Virus record (IMG/VR): IMGVR_UViG_3300012953_000012
Span: 96,001-160,000 of that record
Direction: 5' to 3' (one strand)
Length of the DNA: 64,000 bases
Source: a virus
Taxonomy: Duplodnaviria; Caudoviricetes
Under the pieces are notes generated by a model, which was given only the letters and a program-made list of their open reading frames with translations, searched no databases and was not told where the DNA came from. A program made the position numbers and the translations under genes. This document shows, one piece after another, positions 1-9,577 of the stretch (position 1 is its first letter; every line of letters starts with the position of its first letter).

Positions 1-1902
1 GTCGCTGACCTCGCTCAACGCATCGGTGACGCCCGCAAGGCGTACTACGCCGGTACACCCTCGATGCCAGACGCCGAGTACGACGCACTGGAAGACCAGT
101 TGCGTTCGCTCGACCCCAACCACGCCCTCCTGGGTGGCGTTGGGGCCACGCCCTCGTCTGGCTGGTCGAAGGTCCAGCACAAGACTCCGATGGGGTCCTT
201 GAACAAGGCCCAGGACGAGAGCGACATGCGCCAGTGGTTCCAAGGCGTCGTGGGCGACAGCCCTGAGGTCCTGGTCGTGGACAAGTTGGACGGGATCTCG
301 ATCTCGCTCCGCTTCGACAAGGGCCAGTTGGTCCAGGCTGTGACCCGTGGCGACGGGACTACGGGTGAGGACATCACCCGCAACGTCCTGCTGATGAAAG
401 GCATCCCGAAGCCCCCTCACGCCCTCGGCCTATGGTCCGGCTACGTCCGTGGCGAGATCGTCTGCCTCAAGGACGACTTCGCTGCCCACTTCCCCGGCGA
501 GTCGAACCCCCGCAACACGGCAGCAGGGACCGCGAAGCGTCAGTCTGACCCGTCGAAGTGCAAGCACCTGACGGTCGTGGCCTTCGACTTGATCCCCGAC
601 GTTGGCGTCCTGACCCACAAGGAGCAGGAGTTGGAAGCCCTCGATGCCGCTGGCTTCGCGACCCCCGAGTGGTCAGTCGCGAAGGACGAGGCCGAGATCC
701 AGGCGGTCTACGACAACTATGTTGCTCGCGACCGAGACGCGCTGCCCTACGAGATCGACGGGCTGGTGCTGATCATCAACGACACCAACGACTGGAAACT
801 GGTCGGCCAGCGGAACCACCGCCCGGCTGGCTCCATCGCGTACAAGTTTCCCCACGAGGCTCAGACCACCACGCTGCGGAACATCCGTTGGCAGGTGGGC
901 AACACGGGTCGCGTGACCCCAGTGGCCGAGTTTGACCCTGTGGACCTCGCTGGAGCCTCCGTGCGACAGGCGAGCCTCCACAACGTAGCGAACATCGGTC
1001 GCCTGACCGATGGGGATGGGTTCAACCAGGATGCGTGCATCCTGGTGTCCCGGCGCAACGACGTGATCCCCTACGTCGAGGCCCTGGTGTCCCAGCGTCA
1101 CTACCGACCCCTGGAGACTCCCCACGAGTGCCCTGAGTGTCAGACGCTCCTGGTCATGAACGGTGAGTACCTGTGCTGCCCCAACGAGGATCAGTGCCCT
1201 GCACAGACCCTCGGTGCCATGCGCCGCTGGGTCAAGAAGGTCGGCGTGCTTCACTTCGGGGACGCGCTGCTCTCGGCAGTCGTGGAGGCTGGAATGGTTT
1301 CGACCATCCCCGATCTCTACCGGCTTCAACCGGGACCAGTCGGGGACCTGATGATGGACGGTCGCCGCGTCGGCGGTGCTGCCAAGCGAGCATTGAAATC
1401 GCTCAACAGCCTCAAGACGCTGCCCCTGGAGACCTACGTCGGATCACTCGGCATCCCGCTCTGCGGTCGCCGCATGGTCCGCAAGTTGGTCGCGGCTGGT
1501 ATGACGGACTTGAACACCCTCGCTACCGCTACGGTGCAGGAGTTGTCTGCGGTTCCCGGCTTCGGTCAGGACAAGGCCGAAGCGTTCCGTGCTGGCTTCG
1601 ACGCCCGCAAGGAGATCATCATTGGTCTTCATTTTGTGGGTGTCACCCCCGCCCCCTACGAGGCTCCTGCTGCTCCGACTGGCTCTACCATGGCCGGACA
1701 GGCGGTGTGCTTCACAGGCGTCCGTGACAAGGCCCTGGAAGCCTCCATCGTCGCCGCAGGCGGGATGATCAAGTCCTCCGTGTCCCGGAACGTGACCATC
1801 CTCGTGGCGAAGGACCCCTACAGCACGTCCGGCAAGGCCAAGAAGGCTCGCGATCTCGGCATCGAGGTCATCGGCCTGACGGAGATGCGCCACCGCGTCT
1901 GA
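1..1902 (+). CDS. ligA: NAD+-dependent DNA ligase (5' truncated by window edge)
   Basis: Frame is open from base 1 (…ARKAYYAGTPSMPDAEYD, domain Ia). It has KLDG adenylation motif, VRGEI, YEIDGLV, C4 zinc finger (CPEC..C..C), HhH repeats and C-terminal BRCT (VCFTG). The track start at 64 is internal. Confidence 0.97.
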   Translation, partial: VADLAQRIGDARKAYYAGTPSMPDAEYDALEDQLRSLDPNHALLGGVGATPSSGWSKVQHKTPMGSLNKAQDESDMRQWFQGVVGDSPEVLVVDKLDGISISLRFDKGQLVQAVTRGDGTTGEDITRNVLLMKGIPKPPHALGLWSGYVRGEIVCLKDDFAAHFPGESNPRNTAAGTAKRQSDPSKCKHLTVVAFDLIPDVGVLTHKEQELEALDAAGFATPEWSVAKDEAEIQAVYDNYVARDRDALPYEIDGLVLIINDTNDWKLVGQRNHRPAGSIAYKFPHEAQTTTLRNIRWQVGNTGRVTPVAEFDPVDLAGASVRQASLHNVANIGRLTDGDGFNQDACILVSRRNDVIPYVEALVSQRHYRPLETPHECPECQTLLVMNGEYLCCPNEDQCPAQTLGAMRRWVKKVGVLHFGDALLSAVVEAGMVSTIPDLYRLQPGPVGDLMMDGRRVGGAAKRALKSLNSLKTLPLETYVGSLGIPLCGRRMVRKLVAAGMTDLNTLATATVQELSAVPGFGQDKAEAFRAGFDARKEIIIGLHFVGVTPAPYEAPAAPTGSTMAGQAVCFTGVRDKALEASIVAAGGMIKSSVSRNVTILVAKDPYSTSGKAKKARDLGIEVIGLTEMRHRV

Positions 1903-1920
1903 GAGACCCATGTCCACACG

Positions 1921-1963
1921 GCCCCTCCCCCCGGTTCTGTCGGTGGGAGGGGCTTTCACTTTT
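1921..1963 (+). terminator. Rho-independent terminator after ligA
   Basis: GCCCCTCCC(1921-29)/GGGAGGGGC(1945-53) stem plus inner CCG/CGG, followed by TTTCACTTTT. Confidence 0.7.
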
Positions 1964-1995
1964 CACCCAGCCCCAATCCCCAACCACGGAGCCCT

Positions 1996-2202
1996 ATGTC
2001 CTTTCCATCCTACGACGAAGCCCGAGGTCCACGAGACCCCGCGAAACTGCAACACCGCCACCCGTCCCCGGCCTGGGTCGCCCCGACCCCACCCAATGTC
2101 GAACCCCTGCTTGCCGAGCCTCGGACGAGCATCGACCAACGGTCCCGGCGAACCACCGTGCGCCTCGTGCGCCACTGTTTCGGCCTCCCCTCCTGGACCT
2201 GA
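1996..2202 (+). CDS. small hypothetical protein
   Basis: GGAG ribosome-binding site just before ATG. No family recognised. Confidence 0.35.
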   Translation: MSFPSYDEARGPRDPAKLQHRHPSPAWVAPTPPNVEPLLAEPRTSIDQRSRRTTVRLVRHCFGLPSWT

Positions 2203-2266
2203 CCCCGCCCGACATTCCCCGCCCCTGTGGCACCCCAACGTGAGGGGGAGACTCACGCAGCACCAC

Positions 2267-2632
2267 ATGGAGGTGCTTATCACTCACTGTGATGGCCCAT
2301 ACATCGACCGCCTACTGGATCACTACCTCCAGGCTGGCGTGATCGAGCAAAAGTGGATTCCCCAGATCAAAGCCAAAGTCACCGCTGATGGCATCGCGTA
2401 CATCCCCTGGCGCGAAGGCATCGACTTTGACGGCCCTGAGTTTTCGATCCAGTTCACCAAGAAGGACGGGACGAAGATCAAGGTGTTCCCGGTGTCGATG
2501 ACGCCGTGGGCGCGTTGGCTGAGAGTGGGTGCAACCACCGATGGTCCCATGAAGGGACTCGTCATGTTCATGCCCGAGGCGTTCTTTGAGACGCACGGCG
2601 AAGATGGTCTACCGCTGCCGCCGGTAAACTGA
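2267..2632 (+). CDS. hypothetical protein
   Basis: The C-terminal part of track ORF 1910..2632 reads as globular protein. The upstream part crosses a terminator, so the true start is probably near 2267 (uncertain). Confidence 0.6.
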   Translation: MEVLITHCDGPYIDRLLDHYLQAGVIEQKWIPQIKAKVTADGIAYIPWREGIDFDGPEFSIQFTKKDGTKIKVFPVSMTPWARWLRVGATTDGPMKGLVMFMPEAFFETHGEDGLPLPPVN

Positions 2633-2637
2633 GAGAC

Positions 2638-2672
2638 ACGCCCCGACCTCGCCCCGAGGTCGGGGCGTTTTT
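2638..2672 (+). terminator. Rho-independent terminator
   Basis: Perfect 14-bp stem ACGCCCCGACCTCG/CGAGGTCGGGGCGT with CCC loop, followed by a T-run. Confidence 0.85.
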
Positions 2673-2677
2673 GCTCG

Positions 2678-2698
2678 TTCTGGCCCTGAGGGCCAGAA
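2678..2698. promoter_or_regulatory. perfect 21-bp palindrome, candidate operator
   Basis: TTCTGGCCCT-G-AGGGCCAGAA lies between the terminator and the TAG-N5-CTAT motif at 2709. Confidence 0.45.
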
Positions 2699-2708
2699 AT
2701 CGACAGAC

Positions 2709-2722
2709 GGTAGCCTCGCTAT
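2709..2722 (+). promoter_or_regulatory. TAG-N5-CTAT upstream motif (putative phage promoter)
   Basis: GGTAG CCTCG CTAT. The same motif recurs before many genes. Confidence 0.6.
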
Positions 2723-2795
2723 ACTCCATTAGAGGGTGACAGGCGTGACCCCATAAGGTGGCCGCTCAACCATCTGGGCAGCAGGAGCCTGTAGC

Positions 2796-3092
2796 ATGTC
2801 GGAAGAATCACCATCAGCAAAGGCTCTCCAGTGGGGCAAGGACATCCTGGTGATCCTTGTGATCCCGGCGTTGATCTGGATCGTGAAGTTGGAGACCGGC
2901 AACGCGCAGCGCGACCTGATGCTTCAGCAGTCGAGGGACGAGGTAGCCCGCCTGGAAGAGCGCATCGGAGAAATCCGAGACATCGACCAGCGTGTCCAGG
3001 AGAATGCGTTGCATCTGGCCCGCCTGGAGGGGAAACTCGACACAGCCAACGGGAGACTCGATGAGATCCGTTCCATCCTTCTGGAGAGGTAA
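2796..3092 (+). CDS. small membrane protein with coiled coil
   Basis: One hydrophobic segment (ILVILVIPALIWIV) then a heptad-rich C-terminus. AGGAG RBS. Confidence 0.75.
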   Translation: MSEESPSAKALQWGKDILVILVIPALIWIVKLETGNAQRDLMLQQSRDEVARLEERIGEIRDIDQRVQENALHLARLEGKLDTANGRLDEIRSILLER

Positions 3093-3390
3093 AGCCTGCG
3101 GCGCTGCACTCGTGATCCTGTTGATGATGGCCTTCCTGAGCCTCTACAAGTCGAACCTATGCCCGACAACCTTGACCGGGGACACGGCCTACGAGCCCGC
3201 CGCTGCCCCCGAAGTCGCCGTAGACGAACCTCCCCCAACGCCGCCCCCACCGCCGTCTGACGTAGAGACTGAGATGCAGCGTGCCCTCACCGAGCAGACA
3301 CGCATCCTGGAAGAAATCGCAAAGGACGTGGACTCGGTGAATCAGAGCCTGGACGAGATCACGGTGCTCCTTCAGGAACCTGCTCGGTAG
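3061..3390 (+). CDS. membrane-anchored Pro-rich/coiled-coil protein
   Basis: GGGAG RBS before ATG 3061. TM segment ALVILLMMAFLSL, poly-Pro linker, helical C-terminus. Confidence 0.65.
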   Translation: MRSVPSFWRGKACGAALVILLMMAFLSLYKSNLCPTTLTGDTAYEPAAAPEVAVDEPPPTPPPPPSDVETEMQRALTEQTRILEEIAKDVDSVNQSLDEITVLLQEPAR

Positions 3391-3399
3391 GGTGGCTAT
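3386..3399 (+). promoter_or_regulatory. TAG-N5-CTAT upstream motif
   Basis: GGTAG GGTGG CTAT. The TAG is also the upstream stop codon. Confidence 0.55.
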
Positions 3400-3430
3400 A
3401 GAAACCCTCTGGGCACTACTGGAGCACCCC

Positions 3431-4276
3431 ATGATGAACCTCACCGACTCTGACCGCGCGGCCATGACACGACTGGCCAACCTTCTCCCCGAAGGCTCTG
3501 CCGACCGGGACGTCCTTCTGGCGACCGCTGGCATGGACAAGGAGGCCGCCTCCGCTGGTGAGTTTGCTTCCTACATCCTCTCCAAGCAGGAGGGTGACCC
3601 CATCCCCGTGAAGGAAGTCGAAGGCTTCGTCAAGGGTCTGGGCATCCGCGTCAGCGAAGGCGGACGGTCGAAGCGGAGCGGCGCTCGTTGGCAGCGCGGC
3701 GACCGGGTCTGCATCAAGGGTGACAAGCACAAGGGTGACGGCGTTGAGGTCTACCGGGCACACGACCGAAAGGTTGGTTTCGTTGTAGACGACGGTGGTG
3801 GGCAGAAGGGTGATCCGGTCACAGTCAAGTTTGGCGGTGAAGAGATCCTTTTCCCCAACGCCCAGCGTAGTCGCGGCGTCGGTATGTACAAGGCGACCGA
3901 CTACTCCAGCATGAAGGGCTACGGCCCCATCGAGATCATCTACAAGGCCAACCCCAGCAGCAGGCCCAACCCCGACCAGAAGCAGATCGCTGCCGAGTAT
4001 GTCTCTCGCGGTGACGCTCGCGGCGAGAGGCGCAGCCTCAACTACTACTCAGGCTGGGTTTTCATCGCGGCCAAGGGTGGCAACGGCTTCTACTTCTCCA
4101 TTCTCTCTCAGCAGCGGGCCAGCCAGGACGCTTGCGCCGAGGGTTTCCCCTTCCGTTCGTTCAATCCGGCCAAGGCTGAAGTCCTCTACATCGGACGCCT
4201 CGGCAAGCGCCCTCGTGGGTGGGAGAAGGACTGGGAAGCCTTGCAGATTGCTGCGGCGGCTGCGGCTGCGAAGTAG
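3431..4276 (+). CDS. hypothetical protein with shared N-terminal tag and SH3/KOW-like segment
   Basis: GGAG RBS, start at 3431. N-terminus SDRAAMTRLANLLPEGSADR matches that of ORF 50761. GDRVCI..VGFVV..VTVKF resembles an SH3-like barrel. Confidence 0.8.
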   Translation: MMNLTDSDRAAMTRLANLLPEGSADRDVLLATAGMDKEAASAGEFASYILSKQEGDPIPVKEVEGFVKGLGIRVSEGGRSKRSGARWQRGDRVCIKGDKHKGDGVEVYRAHDRKVGFVVDDGGGQKGDPVTVKFGGEEILFPNAQRSRGVGMYKATDYSSMKGYGPIEIIYKANPSSRPNPDQKQIAAEYVSRGDARGERRSLNYYSGWVFIAAKGGNGFYFSILSQQRASQDACAEGFPFRSFNPAKAEVLYIGRLGKRPRGWEKDWEALQIAAAAAAAK

Positions 4277-4319
4277 CGGTAGTCCTGGGGTAGTGTGGCG
4301 AGAACCCCTACAGGAGACC

Positions 4320-4628
4320 ATGATCATGGCAACCGCAAAGACTCGCAAGACTCGCAAGAAGACCACCAAGAAGGCCGCTCCCGCTGAGATGGCCATCGCC
4401 CCTGACGTTTGGGCTGCGATCCAGCAGTTCCGTCAGCGGAGTGACCACTACGTCGGTGAGATTGGCCGCATGGAGGTTCGCAAGGCTGCATTCGTGTCGG
4501 AGATCGATGCGATGAACAACCAGGCGAACCAGATGCTCCGACAGGAAGGCACGCGGCTGGGAATCCCCGATGGGACTCAGTGGCGGGTCAACCCCGAGGG
4601 GAAGGTGATCCTGGGCGACGAGGGCTGA
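4320..4628 (+). CDS. hypothetical protein, basic N-terminus
   Basis: AGGAG RBS. KTRKTRKKTTKK N-terminus then a helical region. Confidence 0.75.
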   Translation: MIMATAKTRKTRKKTTKKAAPAEMAIAPDVWAAIQQFRQRSDHYVGEIGRMEVRKAAFVSEIDAMNNQANQMLRQEGTRLGIPDGTQWRVNPEGKVILGDEG

Positions 4629-4631
4629 CCC

Positions 4632-4645
4632 GGTATCTGGCCTAT
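4632..4645 (+). promoter_or_regulatory. TAG-N5-CTAT motif variant
   Basis: GGTAT CTGGC CTAT, 35 nt upstream of 4681. Confidence 0.5.
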
Positions 4646-4680
4646 CCGTTCCGCCGTTGTATGACTGACGGGAGCGTGCC

Positions 4681-6798
4681 ATGACTACAGGATGGGAGCC
4701 AGTATCGGGGTCATTCCCATGGCCCCCGGCCAACGGCACGGCCATGTCCTCCTTCCATCGCGAAGGTGCGGACATCCGTTGGGATGATCCGTCTACCTTG
4801 ATCACGGGTCCTTCCACACCCTCTACAAGGGCCACAGTGTCCATCACGGTGGTGGGCATCCCTGATGTCCTTACCGCTTCCACAGCCTCACTCACGCTCT
4901 CCGGTGCCCCTATTGCAGCAGGGGACACCATCGCGGTGGGTGGGGTTGTGCTCACGTCGGTAGCCGCAGCCCCAGGGCCGGACGAGTTCGACGGGTCCTC
5001 TGGGGACACAGCGGTCGTGGCCGCCAACATCGCCACCGCCATCAACGACGGTTCGGTCGGCACCTGGGGCATCGCCTCTGCCACGGCTGCTCTCAATGTG
5101 GTCTCCCTCACAGCGGACACGGCGGGTGAGGTCGGTGACGAGATCACGTTGTCGTCCGGCAGCGACAGGATCACGGCATCCGGGAGCACTTTCTCTGGCG
5201 GCCTGGACCCAGACACCCTGACCATCGGGGGCCAGGTGCTGTCCGCCGAGACCACCCGGACGGCGGGCGGTATGAACTTCGGCGTGGGGCCGACCAACTT
5301 CGACACCGCCGCGAGCATCGCTGCGGCTATCAACGACACCACCAACGACCTGGGGTTCATCACAGCCACCACGGATGGGGTCATCGTACTCGTCGCGGCG
5401 TTCCTGGACGGAACCATGGGTGATGGGATCACCATCGCCACGACGAACACCACGGCGTTTGAACTGAGTGATTCCCGGACGACCGGCGGGACCGGCGTTG
5501 CTTGCGAGGGCAAGTCCAACAGCGAGTGGCAGATCCTCGGAGTCAACGTCTACCGCAGCGACACCGGAGAGCGCGGCCCCTACTTCCGGGTCAACCGCAT
5601 CCCGGTCATGACCAACTTCTTCCGCGACAAGACGGACATCGTCGAGGTCACAGGTGAGGTGATCCCGTGGGACACAGGCTGGGTCTATAGGGGATCAGCG
5701 CCCAACCAGAAGGACGTCTGGCGACTCCAGACGAGAAACCGGCCCATGGTCAAGCGCACCGGGAACGCCGTCGCTGCCGACTCGCCTTTCGACGTCGAGG
5801 TCCACATCGACGGAACACGGACGCCCGTATCAGCCGTGTTCGGCCCCAACGGTCAGGTCACACTCGACACGACCCCTGTGTGGGACCCGAGCACCGAGTC
5901 CTGGGTCACGTTCACACCGCCCACACCCACGAGTGCGGTGACCATCAACTACTACTGGAAGCGCGGCGACACCCTGGTCAACACCCTGGACCGCCGCCAC
6001 AAGGTCTTCTACCGCCTCACCACGGTCGCCATTGACCCCACGGGGGAGAGCCCGACCGGCCTGGTTGAGACCCCGCTGGGATACACCGAGCCGATCTCCC
6101 CCATGAACAGTGAGAGGTTCGACTACATCTGGCGGGAAGCCGTGCGGCGGAACCGCTGGATCCTGGAGCAAGGCGGTGAGCGCGTGAAGTTGTTTCTCCG
6201 CAGGGTCACCGGGGTCAAGTGCGACTGCGTGTGGGACGAACGGCTGGAGGAGTACAGCAAGCAGCCCTCCAACACCTGCCTGGAGTGCTACGGCACCGGG
6301 TTCGTCGGAGGCTACGAAGGCCCCATCGACATCATCATCGCCCCGGACGACGCAGACCGGCGCGTGACGCAGACACCCAACGGACGCCGACTGGAGCACC
6401 AGTACGAGGTGTGGATCGGACCCAGCCCGATGCTCTCGCAGCGGGACTTCATCGTGAAGCAGAACGGTGAACGGTACGCGGTTGGCCCTGTCCGCCGGAC
6501 TCAGGTGCGTGGCCTGATCCTCCAGCAAGCGTTCGCCATCGGCTACCTGGACACGGGCGACATTCGCTACCGGGTGCCCATGGGCGAGTTGGAACGCCTT
6601 CCGTGGCCCGAGACTCGCTACAGCAACCCCGAAGACGCACCGTGCGAGAGTCCGCAAGATCCGCATCCAGTCGGCTACGACTACCAGGCAACCCCGATGA
6701 TGTCGGAAGCCGCGAAGATCCCAGACGGACGGGAGCAACGAGGCAGGACCCCCGTGTGGCAGAACATCACCTACGGTGGTGGCGGGGGTAAGAAGTAA
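4681..6798 (+). CDS. putative head-closure/neck protein with two inserted beta-rich repeats
   Basis: C-terminal RRNRWILEQGGERV..CDC..CLECYGTGFVGGY..LSQRDFIV block is typical of large-phage neck proteins. The N-terminal half has two A(A/S)IA(T/A)AIN repeats. Confidence 0.6.
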   Translation: MTTGWEPVSGSFPWPPANGTAMSSFHREGADIRWDDPSTLITGPSTPSTRATVSITVVGIPDVLTASTASLTLSGAPIAAGDTIAVGGVVLTSVAAAPGPDEFDGSSGDTAVVAANIATAINDGSVGTWGIASATAALNVVSLTADTAGEVGDEITLSSGSDRITASGSTFSGGLDPDTLTIGGQVLSAETTRTAGGMNFGVGPTNFDTAASIAAAINDTTNDLGFITATTDGVIVLVAAFLDGTMGDGITIATTNTTAFELSDSRTTGGTGVACEGKSNSEWQILGVNVYRSDTGERGPYFRVNRIPVMTNFFRDKTDIVEVTGEVIPWDTGWVYRGSAPNQKDVWRLQTRNRPMVKRTGNAVAADSPFDVEVHIDGTRTPVSAVFGPNGQVTLDTTPVWDPSTESWVTFTPPTPTSAVTINYYWKRGDTLVNTLDRRHKVFYRLTTVAIDPTGESPTGLVETPLGYTEPISPMNSERFDYIWREAVRRNRWILEQGGERVKLFLRRVTGVKCDCVWDERLEEYSKQPSNTCLECYGTGFVGGYEGPIDIIIAPDDADRRVTQTPNGRRLEHQYEVWIGPSPMLSQRDFIVKQNGERYAVGPVRRTQVRGLILQQAFAIGYLDTGDIRYRVPMGELERLPWPETRYSNPEDAPCESPQDPHPVGYDYQATPMMSEAAKIPDGREQRGRTPVWQNITYGGGGGKK

Positions 6799-6813
6799 CG
6801 GGAGGCGAGGACC

Positions 6814-7113
6814 ATGACGGAAGCAGTGCTCAAAGAGTTGGAGACCCTGAACCCGGAAGCGTTGCTCCTGGAGCCGCGTGAGGTTTATGACCCTGCTCTG
6901 GTTGGGGTCACGGATGACCCCAACGACAGTTGGCCCCGCCAGGCTCGCATCCACGTTGCTGTCTACGACGTAGACAAGTGCATCGAAGCGATCATGGGCT
7001 GGATGGACTGCGACTACGAGTCGGCTCTGGACTGGTTCGGCTTCAACACCTCGGGTGCCTGGGTGGGTGAGGGCACCCCGACGTTCACCGTCCTGGGCGA
7101 AGACGAGCACTGA
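6814..7113 (+). CDS. conserved phage hypothetical protein
   Basis: AVYDVDKCIE..WFGFNTSGAWVGEGTP pattern. GGAGG upstream. Confidence 0.75.
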   Translation: MTEAVLKELETLNPEALLLEPREVYDPALVGVTDDPNDSWPRQARIHVAVYDVDKCIEAIMGWMDCDYESALDWFGFNTSGAWVGEGTPTFTVLGEDEH

Positions 7114-7117
7114 CCTC

Positions 7118-7131
7118 GCTACCCCTTCTAT
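7118..7131 (+). promoter_or_regulatory. TAG-N5-CTAT motif variant
   Basis: GCTAC CCCTT CTAT upstream of 7157. Confidence 0.4.
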
Positions 7132-7156
7132 AGGGGGAGGGCCTGTAGGAGGCACC

Positions 7157-7981
7157 ATGAGCCAAAAACGCGCTGCTGTTCGATCTGTCCTCGCAAGGAT
7201 GCGGACGGCGAACCCTCTCGCCACCACCCTCCGGGGAATGGTCCGGGGGCTCGTCGGTGAACCCACCGTCAAGGGCTACAAGGCCACCCCCAGAGGGATC
7301 GTGGTCGATCTGTCTGCTTCCGTCCTCCTGCCACCCTCCGAAGTGCTCAAGACGGTCCAGTCAGCACCTCCGAAGGATGCCCTTGCTCTCCTGAGTGCTG
7401 ACCCCACGCTGATGCAGTCACACTTCTCCATGGACTCTGCTGTGGTTGCGCTGCCCTTCGACAAACTGCCCGACAACCAGTTCAAGGCCATGGTCAAGAA
7501 GATGGGCGGTCTGTCCCTGTACTCGGATGCCATACTGATCGCCCTGTTGGAGGGTCGGGAGCCGTCGTTCCCGGACCCTGAGAGCGGCCTCCCAGAGTTG
7601 TCGCGGGGCTTCGCAAGCCAGTACATCCAACGCCCCGGAAATCTCGGGGCTGTTCCCGAGTTTTACGTTCGACAGCCCATCAAGAACGGCGTGTTGGACG
7701 GCTTGGCATCGGACCATGTGGACGGGGCGGGGACGGTTGGCCGCATCGACATCGGCACCTTCCCCCTCTCCTCGCTCACGGTGTTCATGACGCAAGTCGG
7801 TAAACCTCCCGGCAAGGGGACAAAGTGGTTCAAGAATGGGGACGGATGGCTCACAGAACAAGGGACTGTGGACTTCCCCGATCAGCCTGTGTCGGTGTAC
7901 ATGAGCCAGCCCTTCAAAGTGAAACTCACATCGCTCCCCCGCAGTGCCATCGAGGCCCTGGTCAAGGAAGCGGCTCAATAG
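7157..7981 (+). CDS. hypothetical protein
   Basis: AGGAGG RBS before ATG 7157. The N-terminus has KRA/RTA motifs. Confidence 0.8.
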   Translation: MSQKRAAVRSVLARMRTANPLATTLRGMVRGLVGEPTVKGYKATPRGIVVDLSASVLLPPSEVLKTVQSAPPKDALALLSADPTLMQSHFSMDSAVVALPFDKLPDNQFKAMVKKMGGLSLYSDAILIALLEGREPSFPDPESGLPELSRGFASQYIQRPGNLGAVPEFYVRQPIKNGVLDGLASDHVDGAGTVGRIDIGTFPLSSLTVFMTQVGKPPGKGTKWFKNGDGWLTEQGTVDFPDQPVSVYMSQPFKVKLTSLPRSAIEALVKEAAQ

Positions 7982-7983
7982 CG

Positions 7984-7997
7984 AGTAGTTTCTCTAT
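7984..7997 (+). promoter_or_regulatory. TAG-N5-CTAT upstream motif
   Basis: AGTAG TTTCT CTAT upstream of 8023. Confidence 0.55.
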
Positions 7998-8022
7998 GGC
8001 CTTCTCCCTGTAGGAGGCCGTC

Positions 8023-8337
8023 ATGGCGAGATGCGGGCGTTGTGGGCTGTGGTCGAAGTACCCGGACAGCCATCACGAGCAGAAATACGCAGGGGTGTGC
8101 CTCTGGTATCAGCACCGTCTGATGGACGACGACGTGTTTGAGGACCGGGAGTGCAAGGACTTCTTTGAGCGTGTGCCTGGCCTGATGCCGATGGACCACT
8201 TCGACTACAAGATCAAGCGGGACAACCTCGGTGACGCCTACACCCAGGCACGCTTCAGCAAGCGCCTGGCGCTCATGGGGGCCGTGCTGTCGGTGATCTC
8301 ACTGGCCCTGTCGCTATGGAAGGTGTTCGGTGCCTAA
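8023..8337 (+). CDS. Cys-rich protein with C-terminal TM helix
   Basis: CxxC..C..C pattern and hydrophobic tail. AGGAGG RBS. Confidence 0.75.
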   Translation: MARCGRCGLWSKYPDSHHEQKYAGVCLWYQHRLMDDDVFEDRECKDFFERVPGLMPMDHFDYKIKRDNLGDAYTQARFSKRLALMGAVLSVISLALSLWKVFGA

Positions 8338-8893
8338 GGAAGTCCGCCTCAGGGGTGTTTACGGGAGACCGTTGATCAAGCGGGGCGAGCCCACCACGGT
8401 GCAGATGCCTATGCCCATGCTCAAGAAGGCCGCCGGGATCATCCTGGACTCCATCAAGAAGGAGATCATGAAGGACATGGCGAAGACGGCGGGCCTCCGA
8501 GGTCGGGGCAAGCCCGTGCCGCTCCCGGACAGCCGGAAGTTTGTGGACTCGTTTTCCTGGAGGGTCGCGGGCAAGTCCACCATCGAGTTCACTTCCACCT
8601 GGCCCACCGCCTCGGCCCACACGCTCTCCCCTGGTGAGAAGGGGAAGGCTACGGAGCCGTACCGCATGACCTGGCTCACACAACCGAAGGTCAAGACGGT
8701 GCCCTTGACCACCCAGGAGGGCCGGGTGATCTTCAGGACTGCCCCCCTCACCACCGCCAACGCATGGGTCCACCCCGGCTTCCTTCGCTATACGTTCATC
8801 GAGCGAGGTGTGGAGAAGGGGCGGGTAAGGGTGTTTGAGGAGATGGCCGAAGAGATTGTGGGTCTGCTCCTTGAACAAGGAGACCTTTTCTGA
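8330..8893 (+). CDS. putative tail-completion/neck protein
   Basis: Basic protein ending HPGFLRYTFIERGV, resembling the HPG..F motif of tail-completion proteins. Coupled to neighbours. Confidence 0.5.
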   Translation: MPKEVRLRGVYGRPLIKRGEPTTVQMPMPMLKKAAGIILDSIKKEIMKDMAKTAGLRGRGKPVPLPDSRKFVDSFSWRVAGKSTIEFTSTWPTASAHTLSPGEKGKATEPYRMTWLTQPKVKTVPLTTQEGRVIFRTAPLTTANAWVHPGFLRYTFIERGVEKGRVRVFEEMAEEIVGLLLEQGDLF

Positions 8894-9567
8894 TGTCTTT
8901 GCGAGTCGATGCGGACAAGCCAACCCCTATCCAGGATCTCGGGATCACGGTCGGTCCTGGGCCTGTCTGGATTGAACAGGAGGACCTGCAACGGTCCACA
9001 TGCCTACAGACCCTCATAAGGCTGGGGCATGTGCGGGTATCCTCCAACCCGAGGTGTCGAGTGTCCAAAGATCCCCCCAAACCGAAGGTCCACACCGTTG
9101 GGATGTCACGCCCCAGCAAGGTGCCTCGTGCCCATGTCAGCCACACGACCACCCACCACACGACCTCAGAAGTCATCAAGGAGGGGGTCACGGCAGAACA
9201 GGCACAGGAGATGGTGAACAAGGCTGCCGCTGAGGGTGCCTCGCAAGCCATCGCCGCCATGACTGCACAGTTGCAGGGCATCATCGGTCAAGCGAGCCAG
9301 CCAACGGCAGCCATCGAACAGGTGGTTCAGCAGGCTGTGTCGCAGGCGTTGGCCTCAGCCCAGATCAGCCGTTCGGGTCCCGCACCCCTCTCCGGGAGCA
9401 GTGACGACCTCGTGGTCAACGGCCCCGAAGAGCCCTTGTTCATTCCCACGGGTATTGTCAGGTCTGATACCGAGAACCTAAAGGTCCAGTCCGATTCCTC
9501 TGCTGATGCAGGTGGGTTGGACAACGCGGCATCCGCGCTCAAGGCCCTCCGCAAGAAGAAGTCGTAG
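8893..9567 (+). CDS. hypothetical protein with Ala/Gln-rich helical region, upstream of actin-like gene
   Basis: Overlapping stop/start with 8330 gene. Helical middle and basic tail. Confidence 0.75.
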   Translation: MSLRVDADKPTPIQDLGITVGPGPVWIEQEDLQRSTCLQTLIRLGHVRVSSNPRCRVSKDPPKPKVHTVGMSRPSKVPRAHVSHTTTHHTTSEVIKEGVTAEQAQEMVNKAAAEGASQAIAAMTAQLQGIIGQASQPTAAIEQVVQQAVSQALASAQISRSGPAPLSGSSDDLVVNGPEEPLFIPTGIVRSDTENLKVQSDSSADAGGLDNAASALKALRKKKS

Positions 9568-9577
9568 GAGATCCCAC

